DNA from: a virus
Lineage: Duplodnaviria > Caudoviricetes
Direction: 5' to 3' (one strand)
IMG/VR virus record: IMGVR_UViG_3300048080_000347
Location: 1-47,649 of that record
DNA: 47,649 nt
A program made the position numbers and the translations under genes. Each line of letters begins with the position of its first letter. The stretch's first letter is position 1. Below the pieces are notes generated by a model, which was not told where the DNA came from, did no database searches, and saw only the letters and a list, made by a program, of their open reading frames with translations. Below, in pieces: positions 33,582 through 43,332 of the stretch.

Positions 33582-35206
33582 TGTTGCAGAGCGTACCCGA
33601 GCGAGAGATCGATCTCCCCTTCGCCCTCAGCCCGCACCCGGGTGCCCTTCGGCAAGTTGCTCATCTCGACCACCAGCTTGTTCTCGGTTCCGGGCTTCGG
33701 GGCGATTGGCGGGCGAGCCGCTGCAGCTCCGGCTGGGCCACCGAGGCCGCCCAGAAGAAGGCTCGCCACGCCGAGAGGCAGGCTGCCTGGATCATGGACC
33801 GCCCTGCTCGCGTTGGTGGTTGCGACGGCGGCCTCTTTCTTCGCCAGCGCCAACTGATCCGCCAGCCACTCGAGTTGAGCCGGGCCTGCTGCTTCCGACT
33901 TCATCGCGGCGTTCAGTTGCTCCTGGGCGAACGTCACGTTGTCGAGTGCAATCCGCTGCTCACCGAGCGCCTTCGTGCGTTTCTGTTGCGCGATGGCGAG
34001 CGCCTCATCCTTCGCCAGCGCGAAGGCGGCGGCGCCGGCCACGAGGGCAAGCAGGGCGAGCGCCCACCCGAGCGGCGTGGCGAGCATCGCCACCCCCACC
34101 GCTCCGAAGGCGGCGGCCAGGCTGAAGAGCGCACCGACGAGAGGCCCACCCAGGATGGCCGCGGCGAGCCCCCCGAGCACCGCCGGCCAGCCGCCGAGGC
34201 GCTCGACGATCGGCGAGATCGTCTTGAAGAACTCGCGGAAGCCCTCGGTGAGCCGCTGAATCCCGCCGCCTCGCACCCACTCGCCGAACGCCGCGGCCGT
34301 CTCGCGCGCCCACTTCGAAAGCCCTGCCCGGTTCGCGATGAGGAACTCTTTGAGGACGCCGGTGAGTTCGATCAGCGCCGGGAAGAACTCGGTTGCGATG
34401 GCCACCTTCACGCCGAGGAAGGCGGCCTCGGCGTCCCCCATCGCGTCGTTGAGGATTTCCGACTGGCGGGCGAACTTCTCCTGCGAGCCGGCGATGCGGG
34501 CGTACTCGGCGCGCAGTTCCGAGATCTCGCCGCGGCCGTTCTGGACCATCGCCCCCATTTTCGCGCCCGCGCGCCCGAAGGCGGCGACGGCGAAGGCGGC
34601 CCGCTTGCTCGGATCCTTGAGCTTGTCGAGCGCGGAGAACATCAGGTCGAGGGCTTCCTCGGTGCTCTTCGCGGCGACCACCTGTCGGCCCAGAGTCGGG
34701 CTCACCTTCTTCAGGAACTCGAGCAGTCCCCCGGTGCCTGCCTTCGCCTGGCCCAGAGACTTGTTGAAGAAGTCGAGCGAGGTCGTGAATTCGTCCTGCG
34801 AGATTCCAGCGCGGCCGGCGACGAACGACAGCTGCGCGTAGGCATCGACTGAGAGGCCCACTCGATCCGCGTTCTTCGCGAGCGCGTCGCCCGCATCGAC
34901 CGTCTGTTTGATCAGCGCGAAGAGGGCGACGCCTGCAACGGTGGTGAGCGTCAAGAGCCGCTGCCCCAGGGCGAGGGCCTGGCTCCCGACGCCGCCGAGC
35001 GCGGTGCCCATTCCCTGGAACGCCGCTACCAACTTCGGCCCGCCGATTGCCTTGCCAAAGTTGGCGAACGCAAGAGAAGTCCTCTGACTCAGCTGTCGGA
35101 GAGGAAGAGTGAGGCGATTCAGGCCAACCGTGAATGCCCGTAGGGGGCCGGTCGCCTTGTCGACGGCTCGGATGACCAGGCTTAAGGGGAATTCTTTACC
35201 GGCCAT
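33578..35206 (-). CDS. Tape measure protein
   Basis: IRAVDKATGP N-terminus, Ala/Gly-rich helical body; follows the tail chaperones. Confidence 0.85.
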   Translation of the reverse strand: MAGKEFPLSLVIRAVDKATGPLRAFTVGLNRLTLPLRQLSQRTSLAFANFGKAIGGPKLVAAFQGMGTALGGVGSQALALGQRLLTLTTVAGVALFALIKQTVDAGDALAKNADRVGLSVDAYAQLSFVAGRAGISQDEFTTSLDFFNKSLGQAKAGTGGLLEFLKKVSPTLGRQVVAAKSTEEALDLMFSALDKLKDPSKRAAFAVAAFGRAGAKMGAMVQNGRGEISELRAEYARIAGSQEKFARQSEILNDAMGDAEAAFLGVKVAIATEFFPALIELTGVLKEFLIANRAGLSKWARETAAAFGEWVRGGGIQRLTEGFREFFKTISPIVERLGGWPAVLGGLAAAILGGPLVGALFSLAAAFGAVGVAMLATPLGWALALLALVAGAAAFALAKDEALAIAQQKRTKALGEQRIALDNVTFAQEQLNAAMKSEAAGPAQLEWLADQLALAKKEAAVATTNASRAVHDPGSLPLGVASLLLGGLGGPAGAAAARPPIAPKPGTENKLVVEMSNLPKGTRVRAEGEGEIDLSLGYALQQ

Positions 35207-35345
35207 TGTTGACCCACTCCGCGCGCTTGACCCAGAACCTCAGGTCGTCTTCGTCCATCGCCCACAAGTCGCCCGGCGCAAAGTGAAAGGTCGCCCCGAT
35301 TGCAGCTAGGCAGTCTTCCCAGTCGGTTGGCCAGGCACGAAAAAA
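35196..35345 (-). CDS. gpE'-like extension reached by -1 frameshift
   Basis: WEDCLAAIGATFHFAPGDLWAMDEDDLRFW in the -1 frame after slippery TTTTTTC (35345-35339). Confidence 0.7.
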   Translation of the reverse strand, partial: FFRAWPTDWEDCLAAIGATFHFAPGDLWAMDEDDLRFWVKRAEWVNNGR

Positions 35346-35653
35346 TCCATCGCCGCACGCGCTACCTCCGCCATGTCGCGGGCGTCCATCTTGTCGAGCA
35401 GCTGGGCGGGCTGCCCCGCGAGCTTGAGCCCCAGCGCCGCGAGCTCGTAGGGCTGAAAGAGGACTCCACCTTCGGCGGTCATCGGAAGCGAGAAGCCCCG
35501 GAAGGCCCTCGCCGACGGCCGAAGCACCAGCACCGAGATCGTGTCCCCGCCGAACTCGATCGGCACCGAAAGCTTGATCTCCGTCGGGGGCCTGCGCCCG
35601 GCGTCGATTCGCTCGATGTCGGTGAGCGGCACCGGCTTCGCTTCGGGCTCCAT
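35306..35653 (-). CDS. Tail assembly chaperone (Mu gp41/P2 gpE-like)
   Basis: IKL..PI, LRP, LDKMDARD...MDFF; lies between tube and tape measure genes. Confidence 0.8.
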   Translation of the reverse strand: MEPEAKPVPLTDIERIDAGRRPPTEIKLSVPIEFGGDTISVLVLRPSARAFRGFSLPMTAEGGVLFQPYELAALGLKLAGQPAQLLDKMDARDMAEVARAAMDFFVPGQPTGKTA

Positions 35654-35655
35654 CG

Positions 35656-36021
35656 TCAGGCAACCTCGACCGCGCTGAGGCCCTCGAACCGGACTTCGAT
35701 GTTCCCTTCGTCGGTGTTCCCCGTGCCTTCGCTCGCGTACCAGGCGTCGCGAAGGGAGATCACCTTCCCGTTCGCGAGCGCGAGAACGATGGTCGCGTCC
35801 TTGGTGTTGACCAGCGCCTCGAGATCGAGCGCGGCGCGGTCGGTGAACTCGCCCTCGATGAAGGGAACCTGCGGCGTCTCTTTGTAGCCGTGAACGCCGT
35901 CGGCGCCGATGATCGCCTCTCGCATCGGCTGGCCAAGGTTGTAGGTGAACTCCCCCTTGGCGTCGTGGATCTCGCCGTTGACCTGCACCTGGATGATCCC
36001 GCCGCGCCGCTGATTCGCCAT
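35656..36021 (-). CDS. Tail tube protein
   Basis: G.DGVHGYKETP..PFIE, LANGK...L..AW, FEG. Confidence 0.9.
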   Translation of the reverse strand: MANQRRGGIIQVQVNGEIHDAKGEFTYNLGQPMREAIIGADGVHGYKETPQVPFIEGEFTDRAALDLEALVNTKDATIVLALANGKVISLRDAWYASEGTGNTDEGNIEVRFEGLSAVEVA

Positions 36022-36049
36022 GTGGTGCTCCTCCGAAGTCGATCGACGC

Positions 36050-37531
36050 CTACAACCGGAACTGGATCGAGGCCGCCCCGACGATGAATCCGTTCATGAT
36101 GTCAGGCGGCAGCACCCACTCGAGCCGGTTGGGATCCGTGATGCTGCGCTCGCAGATCAGGTCCGCCTTGAACTGCGCGAGCCCCTCGACGAGCCCGAGC
36201 TTTTCCATCTCCTCGAACCAACCGAGCGCCTCTGCCTTGCCGACCTTCGGCGTGATCACCTTCTGCCCCGAGCCGAAGCGCGTGCCATCGTTGGCGAGCT
36301 TGTGGCGGGGGTAGCGGGTCAGGATGCGCGCCCTGAAACTGAACCGGAGGTACAGCAGGGTGAGCATCGTCGTCACGTCGAGATACGAGGTGTCGCCGGC
36401 GCCGGCCGCGTTCAGCTGGTACGTGGTCACCAGCCGTTCGATCTGAACCTGCGCACCCGCGGCGATCTTGCTGGTGCCGATGCCGTCGAAGAGCAGGAGG
36501 TTCCGCTCGCTCAGGGTGAAGAGATCCACCTCGGCCGGCGACAGCACGCCCACCAGCGCGAGCGTCTGGAGCGGGCGCGCTGGATCGATGTTCGCGTGGA
36601 ACGCGGTGGTCGCCGCGATGGCCGCGGCGAATTCCGACGGCGGGGTCAGCGGGTTCTCGCCGGCCTGGGCCACGATGCACGAGTGCGGGCTGTTCCGGGT
36701 GTCGCCCAGGGTTCCGAGTACTGCCTGCGAGCCCTTCGCGGAGGTGATCGCCACCCCGTCGATCATCGTCATGGGCCCGAAGCGCCGCACCATCTCCGCC
36801 TCGATCGCGGTGAGGCTGGTCGCGTCGGTGTAGGGGTGGGTGATGATCTGGTACCAGGTGTCGCCCAGCGCGGCGATCAGGGTGGTGAGGACCGGGTTGG
36901 TGGCGCCCGCGCTCATCGCGACCACCACGAGCGTCACCCCGGCCGGGAGCTTCTCGCCGTCCTGGTAGTTCGCCCGCATGTCGAAGTCGTTGCCGACGGT
37001 CCCCTTGTGGCGATGGGTGACGGTGACAATGTGATCTGAGGCACCGATGCCCTGGGTAGCGATCACCGGAAGATCGAGGTTGGCGTTGATCGCCGCCGTG
37101 ACGGCCCCTGCGATTATGGTCGCGCTGTCCACGCTCGCGACGGCGACCTGCACCAGGTTGCCTCCGAGCCACAGAGAGAGCGTCCCGGCGGCGGTCGCCG
37201 GGCCGGTGAAGGTGAGGGTGCCGGTGGCCGCAACGCCGGCGCCGTTGTCGGCCAGCGCCGCCACCCAGAGTTCAGTGAATTGGTTGTTCTGGAACCACTT
37301 GATCGCCTGGCGGTGGAGCATCGAACCGCGGCCGAAGAGCGCGATGGCCTGGTCCGCGTCGGTGATCTTGGTGATCGAGTTGGCCGCCGCCGAGCCGGCA
37401 GGGAGCTTCTGCCCGATGATGAGCGCCCGGTAGGCGAGCAGGGCTGGGCCTTGCTGGGCGCGGCTCGCGTCGAACTCGACGGCGAGGAAAGGCACGCGGA
37501 GGTTCGTCGGGATCAGGTCGAAGGAAGGCAT
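36050..37531 (-). CDS. Tail sheath protein (Mu gpL-like)
   Basis: LRVP...VEFD.S.A, LFGRGSML, HKG..GN, DPARPLQTL, ERN.LL.DGI, YPRHKLA. Confidence 0.95.
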   Translation of the reverse strand: MPSFDLIPTNLRVPFLAVEFDASRAQQGPALLAYRALIIGQKLPAGSAAANSITKITDADQAIALFGRGSMLHRQAIKWFQNNQFTELWVAALADNGAGVAATGTLTFTGPATAAGTLSLWLGGNLVQVAVASVDSATIIAGAVTAAINANLDLPVIATQGIGASDHIVTVTHRHKGTVGNDFDMRANYQDGEKLPAGVTLVVVAMSAGATNPVLTTLIAALGDTWYQIITHPYTDATSLTAIEAEMVRRFGPMTMIDGVAITSAKGSQAVLGTLGDTRNSPHSCIVAQAGENPLTPPSEFAAAIAATTAFHANIDPARPLQTLALVGVLSPAEVDLFTLSERNLLLFDGIGTSKIAAGAQVQIERLVTTYQLNAAGAGDTSYLDVTTMLTLLYLRFSFRARILTRYPRHKLANDGTRFGSGQKVITPKVGKAEALGWFEEMEKLGLVEGLAQFKADLICERSITDPNRLEWVLPPDIMNGFIVGAASIQFRL

Positions 37532-37536
37532 GGGCG

Positions 37537-37800
37537 CTACTCCTTATCCGGTGTTGCAGACGTGTGCACCTTGCGGGGCGGCGCTGAGCTCCGGGCGACG
37601 GGCGTCGCGGCTCGAGGAGCGACGGCGGCGGACTCTGCCGAAGGCTCAGCTGCAGGAGCGACGGCGAGCACCACGTCGCCGGATCGAAGCCGCCGGTGCC
37701 AGAACGGGTCGGTGTCTGGCACCTCGCGGCCGGACTCGGGAAGGTGAGTCTTCGACACCGGGTCGCGGACCTTCACTCCGGGGGCTGGCTTCACGAACAT
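37537..37800 (-). CDS. DUF2635 protein (Mu gp38-like)
   Basis: MFVKPAPG.KVRDP...LP..G..VP...FW.RRL..GDVV. Confidence 0.85.
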   Translation of the reverse strand: MFVKPAPGVKVRDPVSKTHLPESGREVPDTDPFWHRRLRSGDVVLAVAPAAEPSAESAAVAPRAATPVARSSAPPRKVHTSATPDKE

Positions 37801-37819
37801 GCAGATCACCTTATCCGTT

Positions 37820-38359
37820 TCACAGGTGGAGGTCTTCCAACTCGTCTTCGGCCTGGTTGTCGGGGTGCTGACCGGGCTCGAGGTTCTCGCGAATGTTCGC
37901 GGTCTTCAGATCGTCGAGCGGCGTGTCGGCTGCCTCGGGGGCTCCGGTGACGAAGTGGACCTGGTAGGTGAGCCGAGCGTTGCCCACCACCTGATCGGAG
38001 TTGCCCACGAGATCGAGCTCGGTAGTGCGCAGCACGGACCATGAGCAGGCGCCCCCAAGGCTGTCGTCCCGGTGCATCGCGCGTTCGATCTCTTCGCAGA
38101 TCGCGTCCATCGCGTCGTCCACGTTTTCGCCCGCCTTCACCACCGCCTCGATCGCGAGGCTCAGGTCGCGCTCGAGTTCCATCGGGGCGCTCTTGCGGCT
38201 TTCGGGATCGACCGCATCCTCGAGCGTGTAGACCGAGATCGCTGGTAGCTCGCTCGACTTCCACGCGTAGACCCGCGACTCGAAGACACGGGTGCCAGCC
38301 GCGGTGGCCCCGAGCAGGGCTGTCTTCACCGCCTGCCGGATGATCTGTCGCTGGTGCAC
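37820..38359 (-). CDS. Tail terminator / neck protein
   Basis: H.RQ.IR.AV...L, ELPAI.VYT, D.MD.I..EIE; position between head and sheath genes. Confidence 0.7.
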   Translation of the reverse strand: MHQRQIIRQAVKTALLGATAAGTRVFESRVYAWKSSELPAISVYTLEDAVDPESRKSAPMELERDLSLAIEAVVKAGENVDDAMDAICEEIERAMHRDDSLGGACSWSVLRTTELDLVGNSDQVVGNARLTYQVHFVTGAPEAADTPLDDLKTANIRENLEPGQHPDNQAEDELEDLHL

Positions 38360-38362
38360 GCG

Positions 38363-38686
38363 TCAGTCCTTCTCGAGCAGGCAGATCACCCCGCCCTGCC
38401 CGTCCTTGTGCACCTCGGCGACCGTGTAGCCGATCCCGTTCACCACCACGGCGATCTCGCCTTCGTCTTCGTCGGGATCGTTCGGCAGATCCTCGAGCTT
38501 GAAGAAGACGGCCGGGCCCCCGCCAGAGACAGCGGCAACAGAGCCAGGCGTCGCCGGGGTATAGACCGCATCGAAAATACCGCGGACCGATACGGTGGCA
38601 CCACCCGGCGGGGTGTAGTCGACCGGCGCGCCGAGCTTCTCGAGGGCGTGCCGGACCACCACCATGAGCAGATCCGCGAAGCCCAC
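38363..38686 (-). CDS. Head-tail joining protein (lambda FII-like)
   Basis: G..V.Y.P..G....V.GIFD...Y.V.EV..DG.G...LL. Confidence 0.75.
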   Translation of the reverse strand: MGFADLLMVVVRHALEKLGAPVDYTPPGGATVSVRGIFDAVYTPATPGSVAAVSGGGPAVFFKLEDLPNDPDEDEGEIAVVVNGIGYTVAEVHKDGQGGVICLLEKD

Positions 38687-38694
38687 GGCTTAGA

Positions 38695-39213
38695 TCAGGT
38701 ATCGAGGATGCCGGCGATCCGAAGCTTCGCGAGCAGCGCGTTGATCTTCACGAGCACCGGAGCAACGGTGTTCGTGATCCCGGTGTCGACCTGCGCCGCG
38801 GTCGGGGTCGCCCCGCCCTGGGTGTTCGGCGCGGTGATCACGATGTCGGCTTCGGCCGCCTGGGCGCCCTCGAACAGTTCGGACGTCGCGCCGCCGTTGA
38901 GCTTCACGAGGCCGGTGCTCGAGGGGTTGGCCGCGACCGCGGTGGCGGACCCGATCAGCATCCCCACGGCGCTGTCGGTGTCGCAACGCTTGTTCGCATC
39001 GTCCCAGTAGACCCGCTCACCAGCCACCCACGCCTGCGCGGATGTCTTCGCGAGCGAGAAGACGCCCTCGGTCTTGAACTCGCCGGAGACGTTGATCAGC
39101 GTGTCACTTTCGGCGACGCCGAAGATCGCCCCCCTCTTCGCGCCAGCGCCCGAGAGCACCGTGTAGGGTGCGACGAGAGTGAGCACGTCGCCCGGCTGCT
39201 TGTAGTTCTTCAT
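38695..39213 (-). CDS. DUF2190-family capsid cement protein (long copy)
   Basis: MKNYKQPGD.L...AP, GVFSLAK, G..VYWD, VKLNG plus a C-terminal extension; AGGAG RBS. Confidence 0.85.
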   Translation of the reverse strand: MKNYKQPGDVLTLVAPYTVLSGAGAKRGAIFGVAESDTLINVSGEFKTEGVFSLAKTSAQAWVAGERVYWDDANKRCDTDSAVGMLIGSATAVAANPSSTGLVKLNGGATSELFEGAQAAEADIVITAPNTQGGATPTAAQVDTGITNTVAPVLVKINALLAKLRIAGILDT

Positions 39214-39278
39214 TGTCGTTTCTCCTCCTGCTGGCCCGGTGACAACCCGGGCGTGTTGTAGATCATGGTGCTGCCTAA

Positions 39279-39626
39279 TCAGGGAGGCGCGTTGCCATTG
39301 AGCCGAACCTTCCCTGGGCTCAACGGGCTCGCGGCGATTGAGGTGGCCTCGGTGGCGACGCCGATCAGCGGGCCGACCATGCTGCTGTTGTCGGCCCGAA
39401 AGTTCATCGTATCCCAGTAGATCTTCTGGCCCTCGGTCCATAACTGGCCAGCAGTCTTGGGGAGTTCGAAGACGCCGACCGCCTGGCCTTCGAACGACGC
39501 TCCGGCGGCGACAGTGCTTTCCGCCACAACCGCGAGTCCGCCGACGAGGTAGAGATTCCCGCTGACCACCCCGCCGAGTGGTGCCGTGAAGCTGAGCACG
39601 TCACCCGGTTGTTTATAGTTCCTCAT
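39279..39626 (-). CDS. DUF2190-family capsid cement protein (short copy)
   Basis: MRNYKQPGD...AP.GGV.SG, GVFELPK, IYWD, VRLNG. Confidence 0.85.
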   Translation of the reverse strand: MRNYKQPGDVLSFTAPLGGVVSGNLYLVGGLAVVAESTVAAGASFEGQAVGVFELPKTAGQLWTEGQKIYWDTMNFRADNSSMVGPLIGVATEATSIAASPLSPGKVRLNGNAPP

Positions 39627-39634
39627 GCGGTTCT

Positions 39635-41689
39635 TTAGACGCCGGCGTTGGTGACCGCGCCCTTGTGCTCGACGGCGGCGACGCCGAAGTCGAGGCGCAC
39701 CTTCCATTCGGTGCCGTCGATCGTCCAGCCGAGCCGGTTCTCCATGAACGGCTCCTGCATCCCGTCGAGGAAGGCCACCTCGATCGCCGGCGCGATGTTC
39801 GGATCAGCGAAGCTGTAGCGCCGGGTGCCGGAGATCCGCGGCGTGTCGACGATGGTCGAGTAGAGCCCGACCACCTTGTTCGGCCGCTGAAGCTTGTTCG
39901 CGGTGTCGGGGTCGAACTGCGCCTGGTTGATCACCCGGGCGGTTCCGCCCAGGCCGATCGGCACCAGGAGGATCACGGGCCGCAGATCGAGGAACTCATT
40001 CCCGTCCTGATCCAACTGGCTCGCCATCAGCACCCGATCGCCGTCGATCGACTCCACCGAGATCGCCGCGGGCGCCCCGATGTTCGCGTGCGCCGCATCG
40101 AAGAGCGCGAACCCGTCGGCCAAGAGCGGGCCGAGTCCGCCGTTCTCCGCGAGCAGGGCGTAGACCGCCGCCTCGATCGACAGCTTCGCGGCGCGCCCGA
40201 GCATCTGGGCGAAGCTGGCGAAGGCGCCCATATCGTCGTTGATGATCGCCTGCCGGGTCAGCGCGATCAGGTTGCCCTTCGTGCTCGCGGTGATCGAGGT
40301 CTTGGTGGCGTCGGGCAGGGTCTTGCGCTTGAACTCCCCTCCCTCGAGCACGGTGTCGAGAACCGAGAGGCTCCCAAGCCGGTAGCGGTTGTGGGCCCGG
40401 AAGTCGCTCACGCTGCCCGTCTTGCAGAAGCGGTTCCAGGTGTCGGGCGCGGTCTGGAACGCGGCCAGCAGGATCTTGTGGAGCGCCTGCTCGAGGATGA
40501 TCGGGAAGTCGCTGATCGAGTGCGCGCCGCTCACGCGTTGGGTGAGCGCCTTGCCGACCATCTGCATCTTCTCGCCGTGCGCGCCCTTGAAGCCGCTGCG
40601 CTCGAGGCTCGCGCGCGCGAGGTCGACCAGGCTGAAGCCTCGGAACTGCCCTGGGTCGAGCACCACGTCGGCGAACTTCTCGGGCGCGTCCTTCTTCGCG
40701 CGGGCCACCAGGTCGGAGAGCCCCGCCTTCGCGATCAGCCACGCCACCTGGGCGCGGGCGAACTTGTCGGCCGCGTCGTCGGTGATGGTGACGTGGCCGT
40801 CGGTGCGAACGGCGTCGGTCGCGGTGGCGAGCTTGTCGAGCACCAGCTTGCGCGCCTCTTCGATCGACGGGTTCTTCGCGAGCAGATCCGCGGTGAACTT
40901 CGGATCGCTCGAGTCGAGCTTCACCGAGCGGAGGATGGCGCCCACCCCTTCCGCGCGGGTGCGCTCGGCGGTGGTGGCGGCTTCGGTCGCGGCGCGGGCG
41001 GCGACGTCGATCCCGTTCTTCGTGGCGTCGGCGCGGGCCTTCTCGGCAAGGGCGGCGGCGGCGATCTCAGCTTCGGTCATGGCGTTGTCCTCGGGCTGCT
41101 CACTTCGGGTGACCACCTCACAGCGATTCGATTCGACCCGCTCGGCGCGGAAGCCCGCCCCGGCGTCGGCGCCGATGGGGCAGGGGGAAATCTCCATCGG
41201 CTCCCAGTCCACCACGCGCATCACGGGCACCTGGTTGGAACCGTCCTCAACCTTCACCATCTTGTGCACCCGGTAGCCCACCGAGACGTTCGCGATGATG
41301 CCGTCGCCGATCTTCCGGAACACCTTGTCGGCTTCGGGATCGTCGGCGGGCTTCGCGAACCGCAAGGTGGCGATCCCGCGCTTGCCGTCCACAGAGGCAC
41401 TCTGCACCACCCCGAGCACCCCGCCGACTCCGCCCCAACTGGCGTGCGAATCCAGCACCGGCGCGCGGCCAGAGTTGAGCCGGCCCATGCGCACCGCGGC
41501 GGGCTCGAGAGAGAGCTCTTCGTCGAACGGCTCCCAGAAGCCCCGCCGCACCCGGGCCCCGGTGCTGAAAACCACGTCCACCGTCCGGGCCTCGACGTCG
41601 AAGCTGTCGAGCTTCACTTCGGCGCGCAGCTGGAGCGGGGGCGCGTCGCGCGTCTCGGTCCGCTCTTTCTGCGCTGCCCGCTTCTTCAT
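39635..41689 (-). CDS. Prohead protease-major capsid fusion protein
   Basis: N-terminal protease (PVLDSH, VSVGY, WEP.EIS...GAD); C-terminal capsid (SDFP.IL, TRQAIINDD, KVRLDFG). Confidence 0.9.
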   Translation of the reverse strand: MKKRAAQKERTETRDAPPLQLRAEVKLDSFDVEARTVDVVFSTGARVRRGFWEPFDEELSLEPAAVRMGRLNSGRAPVLDSHASWGGVGGVLGVVQSASVDGKRGIATLRFAKPADDPEADKVFRKIGDGIIANVSVGYRVHKMVKVEDGSNQVPVMRVVDWEPMEISPCPIGADAGAGFRAERVESNRCEVVTRSEQPEDNAMTEAEIAAAALAEKARADATKNGIDVAARAATEAATTAERTRAEGVGAILRSVKLDSSDPKFTADLLAKNPSIEEARKLVLDKLATATDAVRTDGHVTITDDAADKFARAQVAWLIAKAGLSDLVARAKKDAPEKFADVVLDPGQFRGFSLVDLARASLERSGFKGAHGEKMQMVGKALTQRVSGAHSISDFPIILEQALHKILLAAFQTAPDTWNRFCKTGSVSDFRAHNRYRLGSLSVLDTVLEGGEFKRKTLPDATKTSITASTKGNLIALTRQAIINDDMGAFASFAQMLGRAAKLSIEAAVYALLAENGGLGPLLADGFALFDAAHANIGAPAAISVESIDGDRVLMASQLDQDGNEFLDLRPVILLVPIGLGGTARVINQAQFDPDTANKLQRPNKVVGLYSTIVDTPRISGTRRYSFADPNIAPAIEVAFLDGMQEPFMENRLGWTIDGTEWKVRLDFGVAAVEHKGAVTNAGV

Positions 41690-41757
41690 TTCGTGGTGAC
41701 TATCTCACGGTTTTGGAAACTGCAAAGCGTCTCGGCTGGATCCGCCGTGGCTACCCC

Positions 41758-43332
41758 TCAAGCGTCCGGCTCTTTCGCGGCGTCGTCCCCAGCTGGCGGC
41801 GGTGGCGCTCCGCCGCCGCCCTTCGAGAAGTTGCGCTCCTGGGTCAGGCCCGCCTGGCTCACCTTGCGCGCGTCGGAGTCGAGGATGATCCCCTTCTCGT
41901 CGAGTTTCTTCAGGTCCGCCGCGTATTCTTCCCAGTGATCGTCCGGGTCGAACCCCTGCTCGCGAACCATTTCGCTCGGGGTCATCGCGCCGGTACGCAC
42001 CAGGCGCGCGAGGGCGAGGCCTTCTTTGTCCGGCTCGATCATCGGCATCGGAGGCGGGGTCCAGGTCGCCCCGGGCGCGTCCCCCGCTGGGAGTTCGCCA
42101 GCCACCTGAGCGGCCTCCATCGCCCAGCGCCACACCGGCGCGCAGAAGAGCGGCACCAGCACGCGCCAGCGCCACGCGTGGACGTTTCCGTAGAAGGCGA
42201 TCCGGCTCATGCGCGCGCTCGAGAAGTTCACCTGACTGAAGTCCCCACTTAGATCCTCATAGGTGGTGCCGATCGACGCGGCCACCTGACGGAGGTTGAT
42301 CGCCGTGTACGAGCCGTGATCATTCACGCCCGGCGGGTTGGCGAAGGTGATCGACTTGCCGGGCGGGAGGTATTCGAGCATCCCGGGCTCGAGGCCCTCG
42401 AGCAGATCCGCCGCGTCGCCTTCGACTTCGGCCCCGAGGTGCGGCGAGGTCAGCCCCTCGGTGTCCGTCACGAAGGCGGCGAAGCACGCGGCGATCTTCT
42501 GCCGCATCAGGGTCGCGTCGTCGTATTCGTCGAAGTCCTTGAGCTTGACGATCGCGGCGGAGTACCAGGACACGCCGCGCACCTGCCCCGGCCGCTCAGA
42601 GCGGAAGACGTGGAGCACATCCTCGGCGCGGACCCGCTTGCTGAGCAGGCTCGAGCGCGGCGAGACGACAAGGCCGCCAGAGCCCGGGTGCTCTTCGAAG
42701 AGCCAGTAGGCCCGGCGCCGGCCGAGGAGATCGAACTCGACGCCCTGGATGGTGGGCCCGCCACTGAGCCCGACGAAGCCGCCCTTGGTGATATCGAGGA
42801 AGTCGGCTTCAAGAACTTGCAGCTGCAGCGGGAGAGTGAGGCCATCGCTTGCGCGTCGCCAACGCCGGCGGATCAGCACCTCGCCGTCGGCCGCAATCGC
42901 TTTGATGATCAGCGCCTGCATCGCCGCGAAGGTACTCATCCCGTCGGCGTCGCATTCGGTGAGGTGGTTCTCGTCGGCGCCGCTCCACTTCTTCCAAAGC
43001 TCCTGGGCCTTCGGCGACGCCTTCGCCTTCGCAATCAAACCCCAGCCTACGGTGTTGCGCTCGATCACCCGCTGCCCGTTCTGGGCCCAGCCGTTGTTGC
43101 GAATCAACTCCCGCGCGTGCTCGCGGAGAATTCCGAGCGCACCGTGGTTGGCCATGTTCGCGTCGGTGGAGTGCCGCGGCCAGCCGGCGGTGCGGCGGCC
43201 CGGGGAGGCGGCTTCGAAGTGGCGCTGCAGCGTGAGCGCCGCCGCGCGCGCCCGCACCCGGGTGAGTGCCCACTTCGGCGCGATGGCGAGCAGCACGCGA
43301 TCGAGGGCGTTCGGCTCGAGCTTCGAGGCCAT
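41758..43332 (-). CDS. Portal protein, lambda family
   Basis: DGEVL.R, LQ.LEAD, QGVEFD, RPGQVRG, GDFSQVNFSSAR; start MASKL coupled to the gpW stop. Confidence 0.93.
   Translation of the reverse strand: MASKLEPNALDRVLLAIAPKWALTRVRARAAALTLQRHFEAASPGRRTAGWPRHSTDANMANHGALGILREHARELIRNNGWAQNGQRVIERNTVGWGLIAKAKASPKAQELWKKWSGADENHLTECDADGMSTFAAMQALIIKAIAADGEVLIRRRWRRASDGLTLPLQLQVLEADFLDITKGGFVGLSGGPTIQGVEFDLLGRRRAYWLFEEHPGSGGLVVSPRSSLLSKRVRAEDVLHVFRSERPGQVRGVSWYSAAIVKLKDFDEYDDATLMRQKIAACFAAFVTDTEGLTSPHLGAEVEGDAADLLEGLEPGMLEYLPPGKSITFANPPGVNDHGSYTAINLRQVAASIGTTYEDLSGDFSQVNFSSARMSRIAFYGNVHAWRWRVLVPLFCAPVWRWAMEAAQVAGELPAGDAPGATWTPPPMPMIEPDKEGLALARLVRTGAMTPSEMVREQGFDPDDHWEEYAADLKKLDEKGIILDSDARKVSQAGLTQERNFSKGGGGAPPPPAGDDAAKEPDA

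Noticed and set aside
39665-41938. 757-aa plus-strand ORF, and similar long antisense ORFs (28421-30217, 44111-45571, 17789-19624, 33563-34852)
   Set aside because: Shadow frames of well-supported genes in high-GC DNA; no motifs or RBS, and composition mirrors the sense codons
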